From Candidatus Latescibacterota bacterium (GTDB lineage Bacteria; Latescibacterota; UBA2968; GCA-2709665), in NCBI GenBank assembly GCA_963667175.2, contig CAXXXF010000013.1, forward strand, positions 64,001 through 128,000: DNA of 64,000 nt. The letters run 5' to 3'. Position numbers and translations under genes: made by a program. The notes below the pieces were generated by a model that was given only the letters and a program-made list of their open reading frames with translations, was not told where the DNA came from and searched no databases. Positions within the stretch are counted from its first letter, which is position 1. Every line of letters begins with the position of its first letter. Positions 1 through 9,607 of this stretch are shown piece by piece.

Positions 1-346
1 TGCCGACATAGACGCCGATAGCTTCGGCGTCTACTGCCGCAGCCGGATCGAGCTCCGTCCAAACCGAGGGATCCTTCAGTGGTGGATCACTTCCGTCGGC
101 CTTTGCGAAGGTTCGCCCAGTTTCATTCGCCCAGTCGACCAGTAAGGCGAGTGCACTCCGAACCTTCTCATGCTGCGCTTCTGAACTTACGTTTTTAAGC
201 GCTGGAATGTCGGTCTCGAGCGCACCCGCCGATGTCCACCAGAAGCGAGCATCCGACCACGCTACGCCGACGCCTGCCATGACACCATAGCCTTTCAACA
301 TCGCGCCAAGCGAGGCCGTCGATACGCCCGGGAACTCGACCGTCAT
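1..346 (-). CDS. Type I-G large subunit Cas8g (Csx17/Cas8u1-like), 5' part only; runs off the window edge
   Basis: Hand translation from ATG at 346, which overlaps the cas3 stop (ATGA): MTVEFPGVSTASLGAMLKGYGVMAGVGVAWSDARFWW. This resembles the L.G....L..YLK..GV.....D.R.WW N-terminus of Csx17, and it sits directly after cas3. Confidence 0.7.
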   Translation of the reverse strand, partial: MTVEFPGVSTASLGAMLKGYGVMAGVGVAWSDARFWWTSAGALETDIPALKNVSSEAQHEKVRSALALLVDWANETGRTFAKADGSDPPLKDPSVWTELDPAAAVDAEAIGVYVG

Positions 347-2943
347 CGGCTGGCCCTCCAGTCGGCGACGCGGACCAGGGCCTCCAGGTACGCCAGAAAC
401 TGGGGTCCGTTCTCTTTGAGCAGCTTCACGGCCCGTCCCTGCCAACCGGGGTGGGCGAGCGAAGGGAGCAGCAGGTCGGGGTCGAGTTCGCACGCTTCCT
501 CACGTGCAACGAATGACATGGCTCGCGCAGGGATGCGGTCGTGGGGCTGGACACCGGCGACGTCGTCCAGCCGGTCATCGTTCCAGGGAGTGGGTGTCAT
601 CCGCACCTTCCCGTGGTGTGCCATGACGAGCCACGCGACCAGATCGTCGGCGTCCTTCTGGGCAAGGTACGCCAACGCGGACGCCACCTCGTGGCGGAAG
701 CGCTGGGTGTTGCGCCGCGGTCTGCGATGATCGTTGGACTTTGCATAGTAGACACCGTCTCGGGGGTCCGGGGGCTCATCGTGGCCTGCATCGCGAAGCA
801 TCTCCTGGAACGGGGAGAAGGGTCCGTCGGCGTCTTCCCGCTCGAGGGCCTTTCCGATATCGTGCCAACGGCCTGCCGTTGCCAGCACGTCCTCCAGATC
901 CGGAACAAGTGCCCCAGCGAGTTGACGCGCCGCCGACTCCGCCGTGGAGAGGTGCTGCGAAAGTTCCATCCAGCGGCGGGTGTGGCTGTGCGGGTCTTCC
1001 TGGCTGCCGGCCCACCCCTCCGTTCGATCATCGATCCCGCCGACCGTGTCGCCGTCGCTTTGTACCCATGAGCGATGTCCGTCAACGGTAGCCACCCAGC
1101 ACGACGGCCGGCTCTGTTCGGAGCCCACCCAACCGAGTGCATCGTCGTAGCCGCCGAGGGAGACGTCGAGCATCACCGTATCCCCGGGTCGAATGCCCGG
1201 GTCATCCAGCCGGATCTCTCTCCAGGCGCCGCTTTGACGACGAGAACGCTGCAACCCGAGTAACCAGCCCCGGCTGTCAGGACCCAGTTTGCGACCAAGC
1301 TCGCGCAGGGCAGCGATCGAGACCTTGCAGATCTCGTCAGGGTGCGGTGCTGGGGTCTCCTCCGGCTCGACGTTGTCGAGCACCCGCCAGAGCACCGCGA
1401 CATCGAGATCCCTTCGGTCGCCGCGCACGAACCGGGACACGTCGAGATGTCCACCCGACAAGTCGGGGTCCGTGTCGAAGAGGTCGTCGAGGTGGTGTTG
1501 TCGGAGCACGGGTCCTTCGACCGGGACAAGGTGCGGGTCGGCTTGGTCGACTTTCTTGATTGTCGAGATCGATGCGTCTCCACGAAGGCGATCCACTCGA
1601 ATCCATGCAGACTCGAGATCCGCCCACTTGTAAGGCAATGCGGCCGTGCTCCGGGCTTTCTCTTCGGCCTGCTCTCGGTCGGCTTTCTTCTTCGGCCAGC
1701 CTCCGGTCGGCACTTCTACTGGGGCCTCCAGGATATGGACGACGCCCTTTTTCCGTCCACGACGATTGAGTCGCCCGAGGCGCTGCACCAGGGATGACCA
1801 AGGACAGATTTCGCTCACCAGCATGTCCGCGTCGAGGTCGACACCGGCTTCGAGCACCTGAGTGCTGATCACGATTCGTCCCAGGTCCGGAGTGATCGTC
1901 CTGAGCCGGGCCATGGCCGCGGCGCGCTCACGGGGTCGAAAGCGGGAGTGCAAGAGCAGAAGCTCCGGGGGGCTGTCGTCGTGAGCGACAATTGCCTTGA
2001 CCCGCCGGAACAGCTCTTGGGCGCGCACAACACGATTGACCATCACCAGAACGAGTCGTCCGCCGGATGCGTGACACAGAAGTTGCTCGGCCAAAGACGT
2101 GTCCTCGACCGTGACCGCCGGACGTTCCACACGCTTCGATCCGTTGAGCACATCGGACATCGTCTTGCGGTCGGCTTCTCCGAGCCCGAGCACGGTGACG
2201 TCCCGTTTTCCGTGTTCCGGCGTCTGCATCCATAGGGGGGCCTGCTGCGTCCACCGTTGCCCTTCCGCCTGCCTGAGGGTCGCAGTGCCGATCGTCGCAC
2301 TCATCCAGAGACTTTCGCGTGGCAGGTGCTGCGGTGAATGTCGAAACTGATGGAGCTGAACGCTTGTGGTCCGGCCAGCCCCCATGAGTTGCACCTCGTC
2401 GAGGACCCAGAGTGCATCGACGTTCACCTGTCCGAATGCGATCGGCCAGTAGTACGGCTTCATCGCGTACCCGCGGTTCAGGCCGCGCGAGAGGAGCATG
2501 TCCTGGGTCCCCAAGAGCACGGCGTCGCGTTCCGGGTGACCCTCCCATTCCACGGCTTCCTCTCCTCCCATCAGCCTAAATACCGGAACGGCATCGCTGC
2601 ACCAGTTCGGCCGATACGGATCAGCCAGAGGCTGCGGGCGTTGAAGCCAGCCGAGGTTGGCGAACCATTCGATGATGTCGTCGTGCACTTGCTCGACGAG
2701 CGATCGCATCGGCAGGCAGTAGACCAGTCGTCGGGGTGTGCGTTGCCGGATGTCGCGGTCGGGGCACTCTCGCCGGCGCCATGCCCACGAGAGAACGGCC
2801 GCAGCGGTCTTCCCGCACCCTGTGGGCACGGCGAGGATGTCCGGCAGGTACCCGTATTCGGCAAGATTCTCCTGGTACTCATGTGGATCTGTCCGCAGGC
2901 CGGTCGCTGCTACGAAGAAGGAGCTGAAAGGTCGACCACTCAC
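343..2943 (-). CDS. cas3: Type I-G Cas3 helicase with C-terminal HD nuclease (copy 1)
   Basis: SF2 motifs PTGCGKT, LDEVQ, SAT and QRLGRLNR. C-terminal HD motifs WHDIGK, RHE, HHG and VRVAD give the I-G/I-U domain order. Confidence 0.93.
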   Translation of the reverse strand: MSGRPFSSFFVAATGLRTDPHEYQENLAEYGYLPDILAVPTGCGKTAAAVLSWAWRRRECPDRDIRQRTPRRLVYCLPMRSLVEQVHDDIIEWFANLGWLQRPQPLADPYRPNWCSDAVPVFRLMGGEEAVEWEGHPERDAVLLGTQDMLLSRGLNRGYAMKPYYWPIAFGQVNVDALWVLDEVQLMGAGRTTSVQLHQFRHSPQHLPRESLWMSATIGTATLRQAEGQRWTQQAPLWMQTPEHGKRDVTVLGLGEADRKTMSDVLNGSKRVERPAVTVEDTSLAEQLLCHASGGRLVLVMVNRVVRAQELFRRVKAIVAHDDSPPELLLLHSRFRPRERAAAMARLRTITPDLGRIVISTQVLEAGVDLDADMLVSEICPWSSLVQRLGRLNRRGRKKGVVHILEAPVEVPTGGWPKKKADREQAEEKARSTAALPYKWADLESAWIRVDRLRGDASISTIKKVDQADPHLVPVEGPVLRQHHLDDLFDTDPDLSGGHLDVSRFVRGDRRDLDVAVLWRVLDNVEPEETPAPHPDEICKVSIAALRELGRKLGPDSRGWLLGLQRSRRQSGAWREIRLDDPGIRPGDTVMLDVSLGGYDDALGWVGSEQSRPSCWVATVDGHRSWVQSDGDTVGGIDDRTEGWAGSQEDPHSHTRRWMELSQHLSTAESAARQLAGALVPDLEDVLATAGRWHDIGKALEREDADGPFSPFQEMLRDAGHDEPPDPRDGVYYAKSNDHRRPRRNTQRFRHEVASALAYLAQKDADDLVAWLVMAHHGKVRMTPTPWNDDRLDDVAGVQPHDRIPARAMSFVAREEACELDPDLLLPSLAHPGWQGRAVKLLKENGPQFLAYLEALVRVADWRASR

Positions 2944-3033
2944 TTCGCAAACCCCGTTTCAGGTGATGGTTTTCTATTGGCCTCCAGTTGATGGGCAAGC
3001 GGCTCTTTCCCGTTTCGCCAAGTTGACTGAAAC

Positions 3034-5394
3034 TCAGTCACTTTCTTGTCCTCGCTCATCCATCGGACGGCACAGTCCATATCCCCGGAATCGTCCTGCC
3101 CCCAGAAGCACGGGACCTCGCGCCGGCTCGTCGAATACGATCACCGCGTGGTTGTGGCTCTGGCGTCCGCCGTGGTTCTTGCGCGCCATTTGCGGGAACT
3201 CCCTCGAATGAGGAACCCCTTCGACTAAGGAAACCGGGTGTAACAAAACCTCGCGCGGGCGCGGCAGACCGATGTGCCCGCACATGTCCTTCACGCTTTC
3301 GGCCGCCCGTTTCCACTTGTCCTTGCCATCGAAATGCCGGTTCAGGACCACCGGGGTCACGGTGGCCCAAATGCGGGATTCCCGTGTCCAGGTATTCGGA
3401 TTAAGGTTTTTCGGCGGGCGCTCGCGGGTTTCCAGTTCAATAGCGCACTCCAACCACGCGCCATCAAACAACCGATGTTCGCACGGCAGGCCGGTAGTGG
3501 AATCGTGAAGAAAACGGGCAAGGCATTTTCCGGCATCCTGATGATTCAGGTCCGCCGGCAGGGCTATGGCCAAACCCATGACCCGGCCATCTGCATATTC
3601 TGCACCGACGAATGGGAGAGGGGTCAGTGCCAGATGGGGATCAGCGGTAGGTCCGCCCTCCGGTCGATGGCCGCTGAACCACTCCGGCGGGGGTTGTTCG
3701 GGACACTCTTTCATCAATAAACCGCGCAGGGCCGCCGTGAGCTTGAGCGTCGCCGGTAGAGACACGCGCTTGCCTTTGATACCGAGGACAATGAGCTGAG
3801 GGTCGAAAACCGAGGCGGGGATTTCGGGGGCCTCGTCTTTCGGGGGTCTATCGTATCCCTGCCAACGGCCCGGTACCGGGCTCAGACTCACGGGTTTTCC
3901 GTTGGGAAACCGGTCTTCCGAACGCGTTTTCAACTCCTTGATGTATCGTCTCTGTTCGCGAGGATTTCGCCCGATGCACGGTCCACTTCCGCCTTGCTTT
4001 GCCGCAGCAAGTCGATTTCGGATGGTGTCAACATCCGGGGAGCGGGCGAGGTACCGAGCCTCTGACTGAGTAAGGCAATCGAAGGTGTGGCCGAAGTGGG
4101 CCTTCCACCACTTTTCGAAGTCTGATCCGTGCTCTTGTCGGAGTTCATGCAATTGCTCCTGTGAAGGGTTCAATTTGACAGAGTAGGGTTTGCCGGTCAG
4201 CGCAATGGCGCCAACGACTTTTCCGCCCTGCTTTTCTATCCAGCCGCGCAGATTCGCCAAAGTACCGCCCTGACCGATGAAGTCGTCCACCATCACGTAC
4301 TCTCGCCCTGCTTCGACAGGCCCATCGAAGCAAGCCTGACGCGCGAGCCGGCCATAGCCGTCGGCGCCCGTATGGGAGACGATATTCGTCTGTACGACAG
4401 CCGTCTCGCGGGGGATGCCGAGCCGCTCGTGCAGCAGTCTTGTCAAGGCAGCCGGAATGGCATTGAGGCCCTGGCTTTCCCAAGCATGTGCGCTGACCAA
4501 CACGGGATCGCCACTTTCACTTGCTTCGGAAGCCAGCAACTGCACCGCACGGATTCCACTCTCGTCGACCAGGCTGTCGACGAGGCGCGTCGCGGCTTCG
4601 GCGTCGCGCGCCGATTTTGCGCCAGGATATTCGGGGTGCTGTTTGACTTCGGATTCGCCGGCCAGTAGCACCACGTTCGCGAATGCCTTCCAAGGCGCCC
4701 TTGGCGGTGGCTTCATCTCCTTGAGGTCCGCGTCAGCTTGCTTAATCTCACTTTGAAGATCGTGGTAGGCGATTGTCGCTGCACGGTTCATGCGCGTTTC
4801 CAACATCTGCAGGCGCCCGGGGTTCGTTACGCGGAGTCGCTGACGGGCGACGCCCGTCGCTGGAATCCACGCAGGCGGCGGCGGCTTGGTCTCCAGCCAC
4901 ATTTGTACAAAAGAAGCCGAATGTCCCACGTGGGTAACTTTGGCGCCCAGCCGTTCCAAGGTGGCGCGATGTGTACCCAACTCGGCCTCCGGCCAAATCA
5001 GATACACCTTCGGGTTGTGAGGGATGGCAACCGGGAAACCACGGGGCTGGCGCGACCGATACTCCGGAAGCTGGGCCAGTCCGGCATCCTTCAGTTTGTT
5101 CAGATTTCCGATGGCAGGCAGCCGACGCTTTATACTCGCGTCGTTGACGGGCACATAGCTGACAACAGTAGCGCGACTGTGGGCATCCGACGCGGCAATC
5201 GCAGGTGGCGGCAAGGCTTCAAGCCAACGCAGTGCGTCGCCTTCGGCGGGGTCTTCGCCCGTCTCAAACCAGGCTGCTGCCAACGCCATGAATACCCGAT
5301 CGGGATGCGGCGGCCATTCGGCCTGTTCCTTTCGGGCCCCGTCCGCCGCTGCCATGGACCATCCATTCAGATAATGGATGCCAAGAGAGAACAT
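3034..5394 (-). CDS. csb2: Type I-G Csb2 (Cas5-Cas6 fusion) with an internal phosphoribosyltransferase-like domain
   Basis: N-terminal EWPPHPDRVFMALAA and YVPVND; C-terminal W.TVTPVVL and GPVLLGAGRFRGYGLC (Cas6 G-loop). An insert of about 250 aa contains VMVDDFIGQGGT. Confidence 0.9.
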   Translation of the reverse strand: MFSLGIHYLNGWSMAAADGARKEQAEWPPHPDRVFMALAAAWFETGEDPAEGDALRWLEALPPPAIAASDAHSRATVVSYVPVNDASIKRRLPAIGNLNKLKDAGLAQLPEYRSRQPRGFPVAIPHNPKVYLIWPEAELGTHRATLERLGAKVTHVGHSASFVQMWLETKPPPPAWIPATGVARQRLRVTNPGRLQMLETRMNRAATIAYHDLQSEIKQADADLKEMKPPPRAPWKAFANVVLLAGESEVKQHPEYPGAKSARDAEAATRLVDSLVDESGIRAVQLLASEASESGDPVLVSAHAWESQGLNAIPAALTRLLHERLGIPRETAVVQTNIVSHTGADGYGRLARQACFDGPVEAGREYVMVDDFIGQGGTLANLRGWIEKQGGKVVGAIALTGKPYSVKLNPSQEQLHELRQEHGSDFEKWWKAHFGHTFDCLTQSEARYLARSPDVDTIRNRLAAAKQGGSGPCIGRNPREQRRYIKELKTRSEDRFPNGKPVSLSPVPGRWQGYDRPPKDEAPEIPASVFDPQLIVLGIKGKRVSLPATLKLTAALRGLLMKECPEQPPPEWFSGHRPEGGPTADPHLALTPLPFVGAEYADGRVMGLAIALPADLNHQDAGKCLARFLHDSTTGLPCEHRLFDGAWLECAIELETRERPPKNLNPNTWTRESRIWATVTPVVLNRHFDGKDKWKRAAESVKDMCGHIGLPRPREVLLHPVSLVEGVPHSREFPQMARKNHGGRQSHNHAVIVFDEPARGPVLLGAGRFRGYGLCRPMDERGQESD
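3930..4148 (-). CDS. Nested alternative-frame small ORF (family A) inside the PRTase insert of csb2
   Basis: AGGAG lies 7 nt before the ATG. The protein (TPSIALLSQRLGTSPAPRMLTPSEIDLLRQSK) matches three free-standing ORFs at 18.4-21.0 kb. Confidence 0.55.
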   Translation of the reverse strand: MNSDKSTDQTSKSGGRPTSATPSIALLSQRLGTSPAPRMLTPSEIDLLRQSKAEVDRASGEILANRDDTSRS

Positions 5395-6668
5395 CAGCCG
5401 TCCCCTTCTCCCGAGGCGCTGGCCAATTCCTGGCTCCGCCGGACCAGTTCGACGAGGTCGGGCGATGGGGTCAGTTCAATTTCGCCCTCCCAGGGAAGGC
5501 CGACATCTCTGGCGGCCGCAGTCGCCTCGTTCAACAATTCAAGCGCGTCTTCGGGATCAAGTTCAAATTTCCGAGGAGATTCTCCGGGACGATCGAGCAT
5601 CTCCCACACAGGTTCTTGTTCAGCGAACAACTGGCAACGAGAGCGAAGGTCCGTATCGACTCTCGCCAAACTTCCGGCGGCCAGCCCCAGCGCGGCCAAC
5701 GCGGTGCGTGCGGCCAGATCAGTGTCGCGGTCAGAGTCCGCGGCGCCGTTGAGCGGAAAGCGGAGGCGACGTAGGACACTTAGTGACATTACCGTGGTCT
5801 GTACGGCTCTGGAGATTGTAAAACCGCCGATAATCCGCGGTACTCTGCGTTCCTGTCCATTTGAGTCAATAATAGTATCATAGACGATTTGTCCTCTTGG
5901 GTCTTTCGCATAAGCGTAATCGGGAGTGACATTTCCGTGGTTCGCTTCAGATGGCCTTCCTGTCTTGAGCTTCTTCCCGTCAGTCTTATTCAACGTCCAG
6001 TGGGACGCATCGTCGCTTTCAGATTTGCGCTCATATAGCGTGGCCGCATCGCGCATGATCTCCGCAGGATCGATTCGGCTGGACGTTTTCTTTCCGGCTA
6101 TCGCGTCATATCCTGCAATTTCCGAAACCACCGCACGCTGGAATTTACACCCCAGACCGCCACGAGGACCAGTCGAGTCCCACAGACCAAATATCAGTGC
6201 GGTCGGACACAAGCCAAATAGGCCGGTGGCATTCCGCACCTCCGCGGTGTCGAGTATTCGTCCCTTCTCCGACTTACGAAAAATCGTCCCGTTCAGAAGA
6301 CTGTCGCGGAATAGCGCATCCGCGACGCGATGGGGCGCCTCCAGGCTGGACACTGAGAACTCTTTGGGTAGTTCCTGATCGAAACGTGTTACCAGCAGAG
6401 GGAGCTGTACCGTTCCGGCACGGTGTGCCTCCAGCAGCGCCAACTCCATGCGGTTGGCCTGCGACTGCACCGAATCCAGGAGAACACATTGTCGAGTCTC
6501 CCTTGTCTTCGGGTCGATGCGCTCTTCGGTGGCGTATTTACCCCCTTCGTACGTCGGAGGAAACACTTTGTCGCCGGGGCCTCCTGCGGGCTGATAGTCG
6601 GTCACGCACCGAAACGCTGCGGCCGTCCCGGCGACCGCGGATTGCAAAGTCTGCAAATCAATCTTCAT
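5394..6668 (-). CDS. csb1: Type I-G Cas7 backbone Csb1 (copy 1)
   Basis: Motifs PAGGPGDKVFPPTY, LLDSVQSQANRME, APHRVAD, FG.WDSTG and DLRSRC. Confidence 0.93.
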   Translation of the reverse strand: MKIDLQTLQSAVAGTAAAFRCVTDYQPAGGPGDKVFPPTYEGGKYATEERIDPKTRETRQCVLLDSVQSQANRMELALLEAHRAGTVQLPLLVTRFDQELPKEFSVSSLEAPHRVADALFRDSLLNGTIFRKSEKGRILDTAEVRNATGLFGLCPTALIFGLWDSTGPRGGLGCKFQRAVVSEIAGYDAIAGKKTSSRIDPAEIMRDAATLYERKSESDDASHWTLNKTDGKKLKTGRPSEANHGNVTPDYAYAKDPRGQIVYDTIIDSNGQERRVPRIIGGFTISRAVQTTVMSLSVLRRLRFPLNGAADSDRDTDLAARTALAALGLAAGSLARVDTDLRSRCQLFAEQEPVWEMLDRPGESPRKFELDPEDALELLNEATAAARDVGLPWEGEIELTPSPDLVELVRRSQELASASGEGDG

Positions 6669-6715
6669 AGTTCGTCTCTCCTGTATACGTGACGCCTCGG
6701 ATCATGGTGTCAATG

Positions 6716-6853
6716 TCAGTTCTCAACTATAACATCGCCATTGACCAATTTCCCCGCAAGGACTTCGCTCACGATCTCGGTAGTTTCCCGTGCGGCCTTC
6801 CGCAGACGTTTTGGGTCGGCTATGTCGTAGGAGACGACGTAGGAATTGCGCAT
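6716..6853 (-). pseudogene. cas2: cas2 5' remnant fused in frame to the tail of a family A ORF
   Basis: Hand translation: MRNSYVVSYDIADPKRLRK-AARETTEIVSEVLAGKLVNGDVIVEN*. The first 19 aa are a typical Cas2 N-terminus (V.YDI.D.KRLRK). The next residues match LRKAAKETAEIVSEVLA of 20723-21004. Confidence 0.7.
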
Positions 6854-7956
6854 CCGGACAACCTTTCTGTCAGGCTCTGCTTCACCTCGCGGTTCGGATA
6901 TCCCAGATGGTACAGGGTCCTGACGCCCAGTTTTCTTTCCCCGGTAATCGTCAGGCAGCCGGTCTGGAACAGCAGAGCTTCGGTACCGATGTGGTCCACG
7001 TCAATGGTCGACAGCAAATCGCTGCTACCCAACATGTCGTCAAGTGCCAGAGAACTCACCTGGCGTTTGAACAGGGTTTCGACCAGGAACGAGGGCGTAC
7101 CGGTCTCGAACCAGTAGGCCTTGAACATGCGGCTGTCGAAGAGCAGTAGAATGTCGAAGGGGTTGTACACGTTCTCCTCGCCCAGCCAGTTGTAGCCGTT
7201 GTACCAGTCGCGGATCTCGTCCCGGTCGAGACCGGGCAACTCCGGCGCAAATATGGTGTCGATATCTTCGTCGGTGTAGCCGCAGACGGCGGAATAGCGC
7301 CTGTCCAGCGTGATGTCGATCAGGTTGTTGAGCCCGGAGAACGGTCCGGCCAGGGGAAACTTGTGGACCCCGGTGAGAAGGCTGAACCGGACGTCGGCGT
7401 CGCTGGACTTGATCGCCGCGTAGAAGCCGAACAGGTAGTCGCGGATGGCGCGGGCGGTTTCGGGGTTGTCGAGGTTGTCCAGGATCGGCTTTTCATATTC
7501 GTCCACGAGGACTGCCACCCGCCGGCCGGTACGCTCATGCAACTCCTCAAGCAGGCGCCCGAAGCGGAAGGACGGATCGTTGTCGCGAGGGGTTATCTCC
7601 GCCTGGTCTTCCAGGACCTGCAATTGCGCCGCCAGTTCCGTCCGCATGTCCTCGGGCCCCCGGTAGTTGCCGTAGTCGCCGCCGCTGAAGTCGAGGCGCA
7701 CCACCGGATGACGGACCGACCAGTCCCAGTGATCGTGGATGTGCAACCCCTCAAAGAGCGGTTCGTTGCCCTCGAACAGCTCCTTGCAGGTGTCGAGGAA
7801 GAGGCTCTTGCCGAAGCGCCGCGGGCGGGAGAGGAAGTAGTGACTGCCGCTGTCGAGCAGTCGCCGTACGTACCGGGTCTTGTCGACGTAGTAGCAGTCT
7901 TCCTCGCGGATCTCGCGAAAGGTCTGGATGCCATTGGGGAGTTTGCGTCTGGTCAT
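6820..7956 (-). pseudogene. AAA-ATPase-like / PD-(D/E)XK nuclease paralogue, C-terminally truncated (nuclease domain lost)
   Basis: Begins MTRRKLPNGIQTF, has Walker A SRPRRFGKS and VDEYEKP. Homology to 7983-9533 stops after YPNREVKQSL. Confidence 0.8.
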
Positions 7957-7982
7957 GGGAGGTCTCCGGCGCGGGGGCGCGC

Positions 7983-9533
7983 TCAGGCGCGCTCCACCTC
8001 GAAAGCGGCCAGGTTGCGGGCGTCCCTGCTGAACTCGACGGCAATCAGGTAGACCGGCTGGCCGAGGCCGCGGTACTTGTCGGCGTAGCGCCTCTCCTTC
8101 AACTGGGCCATGGCGGCGCCCTCCGGCGCCAGCTCGACCACCTTGAACTCGAAGAGATAGACGTTGTCGTTGAAGCGGACCGCCATGTCGAGGCGGCCGT
8201 GGCTGCTGCTGTCCTCCACGGTGACGTCCGATTCCAGGGCAGCGAAGTACGAGTAGAACACGCTGGCGTAGTAGCCCTCGTAGTTGGCGATGTCGTTGCT
8301 GGTGTACCACTCGTAGGGGATACTGGCGAAGAAAGCACGGAACAGGGTCTCGAGCCCGGCGAAGTCGTTGGCCAGCAGTAGGTCGTAGAGCCGGGCCCTG
8401 TGCTCGGCCTGCTGCGGCGGGCTTCCCGTCAAGGAACTCAGAAGGCTTCGGTTCAGGCTCTTCCGAACCTCCCGGTTCGGGTAGCCGAGACGATAGAACA
8501 TCTCCCCGCCACGCGGCTCGGCGCGGGCGATGGTGAGATAGCCGGTCTGGAACAGCAGCGCCTCGGTGGCGATGTCCTCCACGTCGAACTTCGACAACAG
8601 ATCGTCGGTGCCCACCATGTCTTCCAGGGACAGCGAGCGGACGCGGCGCTGGAACAGGGTTTCGACCAGGAACGAGGGCGTACCGGTCTCGAACCAGTAG
8701 GCCTTGAACATGCGGCTGTCGAAGAGCAGTAGAATGTCGAAGGGGTTGTAGACGTTCTCCTCGCCCAGCCAGTTGTAGCCGTTGTACCAGTCGCGGATCT
8801 CGTCCCGGTCGAGGCCGGGCAACTCCGGCGTGAATACGGTGTCGATATCTTCGTCGGTGTAGCCGCAAAGGGCGGAATAGCGCGGGTCCAGCGTGATGTC
8901 CTTGAGGTTGTTTAGGCCGGAGAACAGGCTCACCCTGGAAAACTTGCTCACGCCGGTGAGGAAGCTGAAACGGATGTCGGCGTCGCTGTCCTTGATCGTC
9001 GCGTAGAGGCCGCGCAGGAAGTCGCGGTTGGCCAGGGCGACCTCCGGCGTCTCAAGGGCATCCAGGATCGGCTTGTCGTACTCGTCGATCAACACCGCGG
9101 CGCGCTGACCGGTGCGCTCGTGCAACTCCTTCGTCAAGCGGCGGAAGCGCGCCGAGGCGGTGTCGTCATCGCGCGGAGTGACTTCCGCTTCCTCCTCCAG
9201 GGCGGTCAGTTGAGTACCCACTTCCTTCCGTAAGTCGTCCGGCTCCAGGTAGGTACCGCTGCTGAAGCTCAGGCGCAGGACGGGGTGACGAACGGACCAG
9301 TCCCAGTGATCGTGGATGTCCAGCCCCGTGAACAGGGGCTCGTTGCCCTCGAACAGCTCCTTGCACGTGTCGAGAAAGAGGCTCTTGCCAAAGCGCCTCG
9401 GACGCGACAGGAAATAGTGCTTGCCCTCGTCGAGAGGCCGACGGATGTAGCCGGTCTTGTCGACGTAGTAGCAGTCCTCCTCGCGGATCTCGCGGAAGGT
9501 CTGAATGCCTATGGGGAGTCTGCGTCGGGTCAT
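7983..9533 (-). CDS. AAA-ATPase-like domain plus C-terminal PD-(D/E)XK nuclease protein (intact)
   Basis: LPIGIQTF, RPRRFGKS, IDEYDKP, YNGY, YNPF, YWFETGTP and C-terminal GRLDM...FEFK...QLKERRY. Confidence 0.9.
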   Translation of the reverse strand: MTRRRLPIGIQTFREIREEDCYYVDKTGYIRRPLDEGKHYFLSRPRRFGKSLFLDTCKELFEGNEPLFTGLDIHDHWDWSVRHPVLRLSFSSGTYLEPDDLRKEVGTQLTALEEEAEVTPRDDDTASARFRRLTKELHERTGQRAAVLIDEYDKPILDALETPEVALANRDFLRGLYATIKDSDADIRFSFLTGVSKFSRVSLFSGLNNLKDITLDPRYSALCGYTDEDIDTVFTPELPGLDRDEIRDWYNGYNWLGEENVYNPFDILLLFDSRMFKAYWFETGTPSFLVETLFQRRVRSLSLEDMVGTDDLLSKFDVEDIATEALLFQTGYLTIARAEPRGGEMFYRLGYPNREVRKSLNRSLLSSLTGSPPQQAEHRARLYDLLLANDFAGLETLFRAFFASIPYEWYTSNDIANYEGYYASVFYSYFAALESDVTVEDSSSHGRLDMAVRFNDNVYLFEFKVVELAPEGAAMAQLKERRYADKYRGLGQPVYLIAVEFSRDARNLAAFEVERA

Positions 9534-9607
9534 GGGAGCAACTTGTGGCGCGTCAGATCTCTCGCCGTTTCAATTAGCCTCAATTTAAAAAAGATAATCG
9601 TTAAATT

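Noticed and set aside
4716-4725. Independent start for the PRTase domain at Met227
   Set aside because: AAGGAG abuts the ATG with no spacing, so separate translation is not supported.
7957-8868. N-terminal 304 aa of the 682-aa ORF at 6820-8868
   Set aside because: Shifted-frame shadow of the 7983-9533 gene. Real homology starts at MTRRKLP (7956).
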